The notes: generated by a model from the letters alone, not told the origin. 57,722 bases of DNA from Gemmatimonadaceae bacterium (GCA_025362635.1 JANYFO010000161.1:1-57722); one strand, 5' to 3'; numbered from the stretch's first letter, positions 29,557 to 38,743 are shown. Numbers and translations: made by a program.

Positions 29557-30851
29557 TGCACCGAGCACCGGCGACTCCTGCCGACATGGAAAAGTTGCAA
29601 CACGACTCATTCATGTATTTCGTGCATGAGGCGAATCCTATCAATGGGCTGGTGATCGATAAAACCGCTCCGAATTGGCCTGCCAGCATTGCCGCGACTG
29701 GTCTCGCGCTTGCGGCGTACCCGGTTGGCGTCGAGCGCGGCTACATATCGCGTACGGCGGCAACGCTGCGCACCCTGCGGACATTGCGGTTTTTCTGGAA
29801 TAGCGCGCAAGGTCCAGAAGCAGATGCCACCGGGTACAAGGGGTTTTATTATCACTTTCTCGATATGCAGACAGGCAAACGCGCATGGCAGTGCGAGCTG
29901 TCGACGGTCGACAGCACGTTTCTCTTGGCTGGTGCGCTGACGGCAGGGCTGTACTTCGATGCCGAGACCGCTGATGAGCGCGAGATTCGCGCCTTGGCCG
30001 ACGCGCTGTATCGTCGTGCTGATTGGCAATGGGCGCAAAATGACGGATTGACTGTTACGCACGGCTGGAGGCCGGAAGACGGATTTCTTCCATACCGATG
30101 GGAAGGGTACGATGAGGCGCTACTGCTCTACACGTTGGGACTTGGCTCTCCCACATTTCCGTTACCGGAGACGAGCTACACCGCGTGGACGTCGACCTAC
30201 GATTGGCGGCGCTTATATGATCAGGAATTTCTGTATGCCGGGCCATTGTTCATCCACCAACTTTCGCATATTTGGATCGATTTTCGCGGCATTCAGGATG
30301 CATACATGCGCGCAAAAGGCATCGACTATTTCGAGAACAGCCGTCGAGCGACGTATGTGCAACAACAGTATGCCATTGAAAATCCCCGGCAATTCGAGGG
30401 CTACGGAGCAACTTGCTGGGGAATTAGTGCCAGTGAAGGTCCGGGACCGACCATCGCGTCACTGGCCGGTCGGGAGCAAGAGTTTTTCGACTACGTCGGA
30501 CGTGGCGTACCGTTTGGACCGGATGATGGGACGATTGCACCGTGGGCGGTTGTCGCCTCGCTACCCTTCGCGCCAGAAATCGTGTTGCCGATGCTGGGCT
30601 ATTGCATACACGAAGCGAAGTTGACTGAGTCAAATCCCTACGGGTTTAAAGCGTCGTTTAATGCCAGCTTTCCTTTGCCAGCGGGCGATGATCACGTCTG
30701 GGTCTCGCCGTGGCATTTCGGTCTCAACCAAGGACCAATCATTCTCATGATTGAGAACTATCGCAGCGGCCTGCCGTGGCGCTTGATGCGACGATCTCCC
30801 TACATCATGTGCGGACTGCGTCGGGCAGGGTTTGCGGGCGGATGGTTGTAA
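29556..30851 (+). CDS. Glycoamylase-domain (GH144-like, beta-1,2-glucanase) glycoside hydrolase
   Basis: SIAATGL, GFYYHFLD, GYDEALLLY, LFIHQLSH, DDGTIAP, NQGPI..MIEN; TAATG overlap. Confidence 0.85.
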   Translation: MHRAPATPADMEKLQHDSFMYFVHEANPINGLVIDKTAPNWPASIAATGLALAAYPVGVERGYISRTAATLRTLRTLRFFWNSAQGPEADATGYKGFYYHFLDMQTGKRAWQCELSTVDSTFLLAGALTAGLYFDAETADEREIRALADALYRRADWQWAQNDGLTVTHGWRPEDGFLPYRWEGYDEALLLYTLGLGSPTFPLPETSYTAWTSTYDWRRLYDQEFLYAGPLFIHQLSHIWIDFRGIQDAYMRAKGIDYFENSRRATYVQQQYAIENPRQFEGYGATCWGISASEGPGPTIASLAGREQEFFDYVGRGVPFGPDDGTIAPWAVVASLPFAPEIVLPMLGYCIHEAKLTESNPYGFKASFNASFPLPAGDDHVWVSPWHFGLNQGPIILMIENYRSGLPWRLMRRSPYIMCGLRRAGFAGGWL

Positions 30852-31044
30852 TCGTACCTCACACCGGGCCGTCGTTGGTGCGAATGTGAACGCGCAGACT
30901 TCATCGGTAACTTTCACGCGTCGCGCGTGCATATTTTGGACGGTGACATGGAAGGAGATCTATCACGCGATCTTCGGTCCAAAAGTTGCACTCGCGATCC
31001 TAAAACCTCGACGGGGTAATCGTGAACATTCTCAAGATGGCGGC

Positions 31045-31797
31045 GTGACATACCACTACGTCTGGCTCGCGTGGTCGGGCGCGTTTCTCGTGTTGTGGGT
31101 CGTGCTGTACGTCGCATATCCGTTGCTGCGGACGGCGATGCGCCAGACCAGTGCGATCACCGCGCTCTTTGGGCTCACCGAGCCGATTTTCATTCCCAAC
31201 TATTGGAATCCACCGAGTCTGTTTGACCTCGCGCAGCGGACGGGATTTGATCTCGAAAGCATCGTGTTCTCATTTGCGATTGGTGGTATTGGTATCGTGC
31301 TTTATCACGCGGAGAGCGCGACACACATTGAGCGCGTTCCGGCAAATCGTCGCGTTGGCGCATTACATCGATTCCACACCATTGGGCTGCTCGGCGCGCC
31401 GATCGCCTTTGTGCCGCTCGCGCTGTTACCGTGGAACGTTATCTACGCCGTGATCACGTCGCTGCTGCTTGGCAGCATGCTGTCGGTGATCTGTCGACCA
31501 GCACTCGCTCGAGCGACGATCATTGGCGGCGGACTGTTCTTTGTGTTGTATGCGGCGTTCATGCTGGGGCTCACTTGGTTTACTCCATCGTTTATCCCGC
31601 AGGTCTGGAACCTGCGGGCGTTGAGCGGCGTGCTCGTTGTTGGAATTCCACTAGAAGAATTGCTCTTCGGTGCCGTATTCGGCATGTATTGGAGCAGCGT
31701 CTATGAGCACTTCACGTGGAGCGAGAGCGTATCCCATGCGCACCGCCATGCGCGGGGAAGCCGCCGAGATCACGATAGTGCAGGTGCAGATAAATAA
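31045..31797 (+). CDS. Lycopene-cyclase-domain (CrtYc/d-like) membrane protein
   Basis: Multi-TM, YWNP..LF, FDLES and GIPLEELLF motifs; GTG start. Confidence 0.65.
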   Translation: MTYHYVWLAWSGAFLVLWVVLYVAYPLLRTAMRQTSAITALFGLTEPIFIPNYWNPPSLFDLAQRTGFDLESIVFSFAIGGIGIVLYHAESATHIERVPANRRVGALHRFHTIGLLGAPIAFVPLALLPWNVIYAVITSLLLGSMLSVICRPALARATIIGGGLFFVLYAAFMLGLTWFTPSFIPQVWNLRALSGVLVVGIPLEELLFGAVFGMYWSSVYEHFTWSESVSHAHRHARGSRRDHDSAGADK

Positions 31798-32410
31798 TCA
31801 GGCTCAATACGGCCGCAAAGAAACACCACACGGAGACAAGCGCTCGCACGTAGAACAGGTACGTGCCGACGAACGACAGAAAGGCCAGTACGCCGAACAG
31901 TCGCACGAATGGATGACTTGAGAAGAAACAGCTCACGCATGTCGCCGCCACGTACAACACCATGACGGGAATGATGTAAAAGTGCGGTGAATCATAGACT
32001 AAGTGTCGCACGATGTGCATGCCGTCGATCTCCGCGACGACAGGCCGCGTGACGATGAAAAACAATAGATACATACCGACAATGATGCCGATGGTTTGAA
32101 AAATGAGCAGCGTGTGTTTGCGCCACAGCACGAACTCGAGTGACCGCATGGCAAACGGGATATACATCGGCCACAGCACGTGCGAGAACACTGAATAACT
32201 GTATGTAGAGACCTGCTTCAGCGTGGGCGCGTCGTGCTGGAAGGTGAGCCAGACCACGCCCTCGATCAGTTGTTGAACACCAAAGAGCAGCGGAATCATC
32301 GCCAGCGGAAGTTCGGAACGATCACGGGAATTTCTGACCGTTGCCACGCCAATGCCCGAAAGCGCGGTACCGGCGACGAAGCTCGCGGTAGCGGAAAAGC
32401 ACATCATCAC
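31712..32410 (-). CDS. Membrane protein (DUF6629-like)
   Basis: MCFSATASF N-terminus, QQLIEG, SVWCFFAA; GGAG-like RBS. Confidence 0.7.
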   Translation of the reverse strand: MMMCFSATASFVAGTALSGIGVATVRNSRDRSELPLAMIPLLFGVQQLIEGVVWLTFQHDAPTLKQVSTYSYSVFSHVLWPMYIPFAMRSLEFVLWRKHTLLIFQTIGIIVGMYLLFFIVTRPVVAEIDGMHIVRHLVYDSPHFYIIPVMVLYVAATCVSCFFSSHPFVRLFGVLAFLSFVGTYLFYVRALVSVWCFFAAVLSLIIYLHLHYRDLGGFPAHGGAHGIRSRST

Positions 32411-32449
32411 ATCCGGAGAGAGGAGCGAGCGTCGTCGATACCGAACCTC

Positions 32450-33328
32450 TTAGTGCTTCGCGCCTACCTGGATCACGTACGACGTGCGCGAAACATCCCA
32501 CTCGTTCGCCGCGCCGCCGTTTTTATGACTCGCGTACGCGGATCGCAACATCCACGGCCCTGCTTTTGTGAGCGGTAAATGTACGATGCCTTTTGCGTCC
32601 GCATTGACCGTTACAATCAACTTCGCTGCGGTTGCATCTGCTCCCGCTGTGGTATCCGCCGCCGGCAAAGCGTCGATACCAATGTTTGGCACTGGCTTGC
32701 CACCGCCCAGTACGGCGATGTGTAGCGTATCACCGACATGGAGATGTGCTGGGTCATTCACAGGCACGAACTCCAATGGAAACCCGGCCGTTTTTGAGAA
32801 AGCGCGCGGGCCGTCGGCGCCGACTTGGACGACGGTCGCAGCGTATGATGTGGCGGTATAGATGACGGTATCGAGCCCGGCGAGCGGTTTCTCACGCTCT
32901 AGACGTGCCGCTTCCGACACGCCGCTCTCGGTACGCAGAAAGCGAATCACGCCCTCTGGCGGAGTGCGCAACGTACGCGGCGTAAGGCGTATAGCGACTA
33001 GGTACTGACCCGCTGTCGTGGGTTTGTGATGCATCCGCAGCGATGTCCCTTCGACGGACATATCAGTGATCTTCATGTCAGACGACGCGCCGATGATCCG
33101 GGCGTCGATAATGCGTGCTGCCTCGATGGCGCGTCCTTCCGGGAATCGCGTTCCCTGTCGGCCGCCGACGTGTATGGATGTATTTGCGGGGAACGCGAAC
33201 ATATCGGGCAGCAGCCAGTAATCGTGTCCCGCCGCCTTCGAGGCCAAGAATACACTGGCGCCGATCGCGAATGCGCGCGCGGCAGTCCGTGCGCGAGCGG
33301 AGAAGGAGGAGGAGGCGTAGAGCGACAT
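32450..33328 (-). CDS. DUF4198-family periplasmic protein (putative Ni/Co binding)
   Basis: Signal peptide then HDYWLLP; GFPLEFVPVNDP, AGPWML. Confidence 0.75.
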   Translation of the reverse strand: MSLYASSSFSARARTAARAFAIGASVFLASKAAGHDYWLLPDMFAFPANTSIHVGGRQGTRFPEGRAIEAARIIDARIIGASSDMKITDMSVEGTSLRMHHKPTTAGQYLVAIRLTPRTLRTPPEGVIRFLRTESGVSEAARLEREKPLAGLDTVIYTATSYAATVVQVGADGPRAFSKTAGFPLEFVPVNDPAHLHVGDTLHIAVLGGGKPVPNIGIDALPAADTTAGADATAAKLIVTVNADAKGIVHLPLTKAGPWMLRSAYASHKNGGAANEWDVSRTSYVIQVGAKH

Positions 33329-33380
33329 GAGATTTGCGGGTGCAAAGAGGTGAGACAGCGGGTTCAGTCTTGCGATGATA

Positions 33381-33399
33381 TTTACGCACGGTAAAATAC
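33381..33399. promoter_or_regulatory. Operator candidate TTTAC-GCACG-GTAAAATAC in a divergent gap
   Basis: Same arms and ATAC tail as the 3353 site. Confidence 0.55.
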
Positions 33400-33443
33400 G
33401 ATACGTCCTCCCACGCCGCTCGACCACCGTTTCAGCAAACTTT

Positions 33444-34676
33444 ATGATCAAGCCTGCACTCGTGCTTTTGGCCGTGGTCTCCAGCTTCGTAGCCGTTACA
33501 ACACGGAACAGCGCACAAGCTCCCTCGCTTGCACCATTTACAATCGACAGTATCGCGAGTCCGACCGGCCCAGGCAGCGCGGAACCGAATCTGACAGTCG
33601 CGGCCGATGGTCGCGTGTACATGAGTTGGCTGCAATCGTCCGATTCGGGCTCTGCACTTCGATTCGCCGTGCACGATGGCGCGCGGTGGTCCGCCGCCCG
33701 CACGATTGCCGCGAGTCGCGACTTCTTTGTTAACTGGGCCGATTTTCCGTCGATCGAAGTGCTCGACAGCACGCATCTCGCAGCGCATTGGTTGCAACGC
33801 AATGGTCGCAGCACGTACGCGTACGGCGTTCGTATCGCGCAATCGAACGACGGTGGTGTGACGTGGCGTGCCCCGCTCACGCCGCATCGTGATTCAACGC
33901 AAACAGAACATGGGTTTGTGGCGATGTGGCACGAAGGCACAACGCTGAGCGCGGCGTGGCTTGATGGTCGCAAGTTCAGCAAAGAGGGGCACGATCCGTC
34001 GAACGAAATGTCATTGGTCACTGCAACCGTGTCACCCAACGGCACGCGCGGACCGGAGGTGCGTTTGGACGAGCGCACCTGCGATTGTTGCCAGAACGCG
34101 GCGGCCGTGACAAGCACCGGTCCAATTGTTGCCTATCGTAATCGATCGACTGACGAGATACGCGACGTTTACTTGACGCGTCGCGTTGCCGGCACATGGA
34201 TCGCCGGCGTTCCGGTGAACAATGATCGCTGGAAGATTGCCGCGTGTCCCGTGAATGGTCCGGCCATTGCAGCACGCGGACATCGGGTTGCACTCGCGTG
34301 GTTTACTGCACCGAACGACAGCGCCCGTGTCAACGTCGCATTCTCTGACAACGATGGCGCAACGTTTGGCAAACCAACGCGCGTGGACGGCGGCGATCCC
34401 GCCGGACGAGTGGATGTGTCATTACTCGCGGACGGGGGTGCGTTGGTGACGTGGGTTGAGCGTACCGGGGGCGATGTTGCACAGGTTCGTGCGCGTCGCG
34501 TGAATCGTGATGGTAAGGGGGGCGCGGTGGTCACCATTGCCTCTTCTTCCGCAGCGCGCGCCAGTGGATTTCCGAAATCCGTTGTGACCGGAACGAACGT
34601 GGTGTTCGCGTGGACGTTGGCCGGGAAACCATCGGTCGTGCGCGTGGCCCGTGCGTCGCTCTCGGAGTTCAAGTGA
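33444..34676 (+). CDS. Exported BNR/sialidase-like beta-propeller protein
   Basis: Asp-boxes SNDGGVTW and SDNDGATF; TCDCCQ and ACPVNGP cysteine motifs. Confidence 0.8.
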   Translation: MIKPALVLLAVVSSFVAVTTRNSAQAPSLAPFTIDSIASPTGPGSAEPNLTVAADGRVYMSWLQSSDSGSALRFAVHDGARWSAARTIAASRDFFVNWADFPSIEVLDSTHLAAHWLQRNGRSTYAYGVRIAQSNDGGVTWRAPLTPHRDSTQTEHGFVAMWHEGTTLSAAWLDGRKFSKEGHDPSNEMSLVTATVSPNGTRGPEVRLDERTCDCCQNAAAVTSTGPIVAYRNRSTDEIRDVYLTRRVAGTWIAGVPVNNDRWKIAACPVNGPAIAARGHRVALAWFTAPNDSARVNVAFSDNDGATFGKPTRVDGGDPAGRVDVSLLADGGALVTWVERTGGDVAQVRARRVNRDGKGGAVVTIASSSAARASGFPKSVVTGTNVVFAWTLAGKPSVVRVARASLSEFK

Positions 34677-35212
34677 TGTCGGCTTTGCGCTGGAGTGCGG
34701 TTGCGATGCTCGTCGTGAGCGTGACGACGATCGGCTGCACGAAAGCAGACGGTATTGCTCGGCGAGCGAACACGCGTGTTGAGATCGGCGAGCCCGCACC
34801 CGCCTACGCGACACTCTCACTCGCGGGTGATTCGGTCTCGCTCGCGGGACAACGCGGTAAAGTCGTGCTGATGAACATTTGGGCAACGTGGTGCCATCCG
34901 TGTCGTGCAGAAATTCCTGAACTGCGCACCTTGCACGCGCGCTATCGCGACAAAGGTTTCGAGCTCATCGGCGTCAGTGTGGATACTGATGGCACCGACG
35001 AAACCATTCGAGGCTTCATGAAAGAGTTTCAGATGACGTTTCCGATCTGGCGCGATCCGGATGAACGCACGTCGGCGCTGTTTCACACCGTTGGGGTTCC
35101 TGCAACTTTCTTGATTGATCGACAGGGTATTCTTCGCTGGCGCAAAATCGGACCGATTGCGCCGAATGACACGTCGCTGTCGAATGCGATCGAACGAGCG
35201 TTGGGTTCCTGA
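34676..35212 (+). CDS. TlpA/ResA-like thiol-disulfide reductase (lipoprotein)
   Basis: NIWATWCHPCRAEIP, GVPATFLID; TGATG coupling to the upstream gene. Confidence 0.92.
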   Translation: MSALRWSAVAMLVVSVTTIGCTKADGIARRANTRVEIGEPAPAYATLSLAGDSVSLAGQRGKVVLMNIWATWCHPCRAEIPELRTLHARYRDKGFELIGVSVDTDGTDETIRGFMKEFQMTFPIWRDPDERTSALFHTVGVPATFLIDRQGILRWRKIGPIAPNDTSLSNAIERALGS

Positions 35213-35232
35213 CGGATGCTGAACATGTCAGC

Positions 35233-36135
35233 GTGAGTGGCCGGTTGTCGCGTCGAGTATTGCTCCGACGTACTGGCCTAGCGCTTGGCATCGTTGCAGT
35301 TGGAGCAACCGGTGTCGCGTTCGGCGAGGGTGATCGTGGTGCAGACGCGGATCGCCCGTTATACAGCACGATGCTTGGCGCGACGGGCCCGGCGGTGGTG
35401 TTTCTTCCGGGCATTGGAGCGACAACTCGTTACTGGAACAGTCGAGTCAGTGCGCTCACGGATCGCGCACGACTGATCCTGATTGATCTCTTGGGGTTTG
35501 GTCGTTCACCGAAACCGTGGACGACCTATACGGTGGACCGACACGTGACCGCCTTGCATGATGTTATTGGCCCACTAGCAAAGACGTACGGCCCGCTTGT
35601 ACTCGTGGGCCATTCCCTCGGCGCGCGCTTAGCGGCGGTGTACGCGGCGCGATTTCCGTCTGAAATTCGACAGTTGGTGCTGGTAAGCTTGCCGTATTAC
35701 GGGAGCACTGAGCGTGCGAAAGGTTTCTTCCGTCGTAAAGGCGCGCAAGGATGGGTGACGACGCACACGATTCCGCTGGCCATCGCGTGTTTGATCACTC
35801 GACGTGTATTTGGTCCGTGGTTGCCAAAGATGATCACGAGCGTTCCGCCGGACGTTGCCGAAGACTTGTTGCAAATGACGTGGCGTTCGTCAACGTCGAC
35901 AACCAACGAGGTCATTTATAATTACGATGTGCGTGGCGACTTACAGAATCTTGCGGGACGCATTCCCTTGCTGTGCTTACACGGCGACCTCGACGAAACC
36001 GCCCCGGTCGCTACGGTGCGCGCGCTTGCAGCTACACACAGCGGCTGCACGTTGCGCGTGTTTACGGGCGGTGATCATCATTTGGTGTTACGACATCCCG
36101 AATGGGTACGCGAACAAATTGCCTCTGTGCTGTAG
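35233..36135 (+). CDS. Tat-exported alpha/beta hydrolase
   Basis: SRRVLL Tat signal, DLLGFGRS, GHSLG nucleophile, GDHH. Confidence 0.88.
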   Translation: MSGRLSRRVLLRRTGLALGIVAVGATGVAFGEGDRGADADRPLYSTMLGATGPAVVFLPGIGATTRYWNSRVSALTDRARLILIDLLGFGRSPKPWTTYTVDRHVTALHDVIGPLAKTYGPLVLVGHSLGARLAAVYAARFPSEIRQLVLVSLPYYGSTERAKGFFRRKGAQGWVTTHTIPLAIACLITRRVFGPWLPKMITSVPPDVAEDLLQMTWRSSTSTTNEVIYNYDVRGDLQNLAGRIPLLCLHGDLDETAPVATVRALAATHSGCTLRVFTGGDHHLVLRHPEWVREQIASVL

Positions 36136-36186
36136 TTCAACGGAAAGCCGCGAATTGAGACGAGGTGGAGGGGAGTGTCGTCGCGC

Positions 36187-36429
36187 CTAGGCCGTCTTTG
36201 GCTTTGTTTCGCAACACGACGTTTGAATTCCCGCAGCCCGCGCTGCTTGAATCGGCGGACACGGCACGCTTCCGAATGAGCAGAACACGCAGCAATCGCC
36301 CGCATTCGGGCGCAACAACACCCGACACGCCGCGCATTCGTGAAAGAATTGGCAGGCATTGGTGGGCATTACCAATGGTTCAGCATGTCCGCAGAAGGGG
36401 CACTGCAGCATGGAGGTAAGCTCGGTCAT
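36187..36429 (-). CDS. GDCCVxC-domain small Cys-rich protein
   Basis: CPFCG..MP..AC..F.EC..C...GDCCVFCSFG..PCPPIQ. Confidence 0.85.
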   Translation of the reverse strand: MTELTSMLQCPFCGHAEPLVMPTNACQFFHECAACRVLLRPNAGDCCVFCSFGSVPCPPIQAARAAGIQTSCCETKPKTA

Positions 36430-36471
36430 CAGCGGCTCCGGTGCACGAGATATTTTATGGCGGCTAAAACG

Positions 36472-36487
36472 AGGCACGTATTATGCA
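36472..36487 (+). promoter_or_regulatory. Possible sigma54 promoter AGGCACG-TATT-ATGCA
   Basis: GG(-24)/GC(-12) spacing correct; two mismatches to TGGCACG-N4-TTGCA. Confidence 0.35.
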
Positions 36488-36602
36488 CTTCAGGCGTTTT
36501 GCTCACGTACCACCGGAAGCAAACTTCCCGCTGGAGATCAGAATGTTACAGGATACAAAGGGCGCCTGCCGACGTCCACGTGCCTACGCCCTCGTCTTCC
36601 CA

Positions 36603-37280
36603 ATGCAGATGCTGTTGTTTGGCGCTCTCCTCACATCCTGTTCGTCAAAAGAAAAGGCGGTCATGACAGACTCGAGCAATGGCATGATGGGCAAGACCGG
36701 CATGTCGGGAATGGATAGCTCGAACATGTCTGGCATGTCCGGCATGGACAAAGGAAAAATGACCGGCATGTCCGGCATGGATAGCTCGAAGATGTCGGGC
36801 ATGTCCGGTATGTCAGATATGGAGGACGCAAAGATGTCTGGCATGTCCGGGAATCCTGATCAGAATTTTCTGCGCATGATGAGCGATCACCACACGGGGA
36901 TGATTGCCATGGCGCACCCGACGAAGAACGGGAAAGGATCGACCGACGCCGTGCGCGATGACGCGAAGAAGATTGACGCCGCCCAGGATGCCGAAATTGA
37001 AACGATGCTGGGGATACTGAAAAAAGACTTCAAGGATCCGTACAAGCCGATGATCCGACGGCACAGTCAGATGATGACGGATTCGCTCTTACAGCAAACG
37101 GGGAGCAACTATGACCACATGTTCTACATGAACACCATCATGCATCACCGCGAAGCGCTCGCCATGATCGATCAGTTTCTGCCAAAGTTGACCCGTCCCG
37201 ACCTCAAGGCTATGGCGCAGAAGATGAAAGTTGATCAGACGCGAGAAATCGCAGAGTTTGAACGCAAGCTGGGCAAGTAG
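36603..37280 (+). CDS. DUF305 (CopM-like) Met-rich copper-binding lipoprotein
   Basis: Lipobox LTSC, two M..HH..A..M motifs, GMSGM repeats; start uncertain (36483-36603). Confidence 0.85.
   Translation: MQMLLFGALLTSCSSKEKAVMTDSSNGMMGKTGMSGMDSSNMSGMSGMDKGKMTGMSGMDSSKMSGMSGMSDMEDAKMSGMSGNPDQNFLRMMSDHHTGMIAMAHPTKNGKGSTDAVRDDAKKIDAAQDAEIETMLGILKKDFKDPYKPMIRRHSQMMTDSLLQQTGSNYDHMFYMNTIMHHREALAMIDQFLPKLTRPDLKAMAQKMKVDQTREIAEFERKLGK
36699..36851 (+). repeat. Coding tandem repeat, unit about 33 nt (GMSGMDxxxMx)
   Basis: GGCATGTC(C/G)GG recurs five times, mostly at 33-nt period. Confidence 0.85.
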
Positions 37281-37341
37281 TTCGCAGTGTTGGATCGATA
37301 ACTGGACTCGACTCTCAGCGATGCAGTGTGCATCGTTCAGT

Positions 37342-38709
37342 ATGCCGAGCCCAAGCCGTTCTATCGTGCCCGCCGATTTAAGCGGCGCCACCGCCACCGA
37401 CATTCTTGAGTTGGCGGAGGCGCAGCAGGTGCGTTTTCTCCGCTTGCAGTTCACGGATATTCTGGGTGTCATCAAAAATGTTGAAATTCCGTCGTCGCAA
37501 TTCAGGAAAGCATTGCACGGTGACATCATGTTTGACGGATCGAGCATTGAAGGGTTTGTGCGGGTTGAGGAGTCGGATATGCTGCTGGTGCCCGACCTGT
37601 CAACATTTCAGATCTTTCCGTGGGGCGATCCATCGGCACGCGTTGGTCGTGTGATTTGCGACGTGTCGATGCCTGACGGCACGCCGTTCGCAGGCGATCC
37701 GCGTGGTGTGCTCAAGCGTCAATTAGCGCGCGCAACGGAACTGGGATTCGTTATGAACGCGGGTATGGAAGCGGAATTCTTTTTGTTCAAGCCCGCGGCG
37801 GATGGTCGCGCGGCAACAGACACGCACGATGTGGGCGGCTACTTTGATTTGGCGCCGATGGACTTAGGCGAAGATGCGCGTCGTGCCATTGTCGACGTGT
37901 TAGAGCAGATGGGATTCGAAGTGGAAGCGGCACATCATGAGGTCGCGCACGGCCAGCACGAAATTGATTTCCGCTACGCGGACGCATTACACACGGCGGA
38001 CAACATCGCGACGTTTCGGTTTGTGGTGAAGCAGGTGGCGCGGCAATTCGGATTGATTGCGTCATTCATGCCAAAACCGGTGTTTGGCCAGAACGGCAGT
38101 GGCATGCACACGCATCAGTCGCTGTTTAAGCAGGGTCAAAATGCATTTTGGGATCCACAACGCGAGTGGGAGCTGTCGAAGACGGCACTACACTACATCG
38201 GTGGTTTGCTCAAGCATGCGCGCGCGCTGTGCGCGGTCACGAACCCATTGGTGAATTCGTACAAGCGTTTGGTGCCCGGTTTCGAAGCGCCGGTGAACGT
38301 CGCGTGGAGCATGCGCAACCGCTCGCCGATGATTCGCGTACCAGAACGACGTGGTGCGGGTACTCGCCTAGAGCTGCGCACCCCCGATCCGAGCGCAAAC
38401 CCATATCTCGCGCTGACGGTCATGTTGGCCGCGGGGTTGGATGGCGTGACGACGGAGGCCGATTGGCGTGAGCCTGTGAACACGAACATCTGGGAGATGT
38501 CGTTTCGTGAGCGACGTCGATTGCGGGTGGATGATTTGCCGCATGATCTCAACGAAGCGTGTGACGAGCTCGAGAAAAGCGACGTCTTAACTGGTGCGCT
38601 TGGTGAAGACGTGACCCAACAATTTCTTGCAGCCAAACGTTCCGAATGGCGCGAGTACAATAGTCAGGTGAGCGCGTGGGAATTGGATCGGTATCTCGCG
38701 CGGTACTAG
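37342..38709 (+). CDS. glnA: Glutamine synthetase type I
   Basis: FDGSSIEGF, HHEVAHGQHEIDF, FMPKP..G.NGSGMH, SYKRLVPGFEAP, DPSANPY. Confidence 0.96.
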   Translation: MPSPSRSIVPADLSGATATDILELAEAQQVRFLRLQFTDILGVIKNVEIPSSQFRKALHGDIMFDGSSIEGFVRVEESDMLLVPDLSTFQIFPWGDPSARVGRVICDVSMPDGTPFAGDPRGVLKRQLARATELGFVMNAGMEAEFFLFKPAADGRAATDTHDVGGYFDLAPMDLGEDARRAIVDVLEQMGFEVEAAHHEVAHGQHEIDFRYADALHTADNIATFRFVVKQVARQFGLIASFMPKPVFGQNGSGMHTHQSLFKQGQNAFWDPQREWELSKTALHYIGGLLKHARALCAVTNPLVNSYKRLVPGFEAPVNVAWSMRNRSPMIRVPERRGAGTRLELRTPDPSANPYLALTVMLAAGLDGVTTEADWREPVNTNIWEMSFRERRRLRVDDLPHDLNEACDELEKSDVLTGALGEDVTQQFLAAKRSEWREYNSQVSAWELDRYLARY

Positions 38710-38743
38710 TTGGCGTTTCTTTTCACAATCAGCCACAACAGCG

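Noticed and set aside
33329-34117. N-terminal extension making the DUF4198 ORF 555 aa
   Set aside because: It overlaps the BNR gene antisense; a signal peptide begins at ATG 33328.
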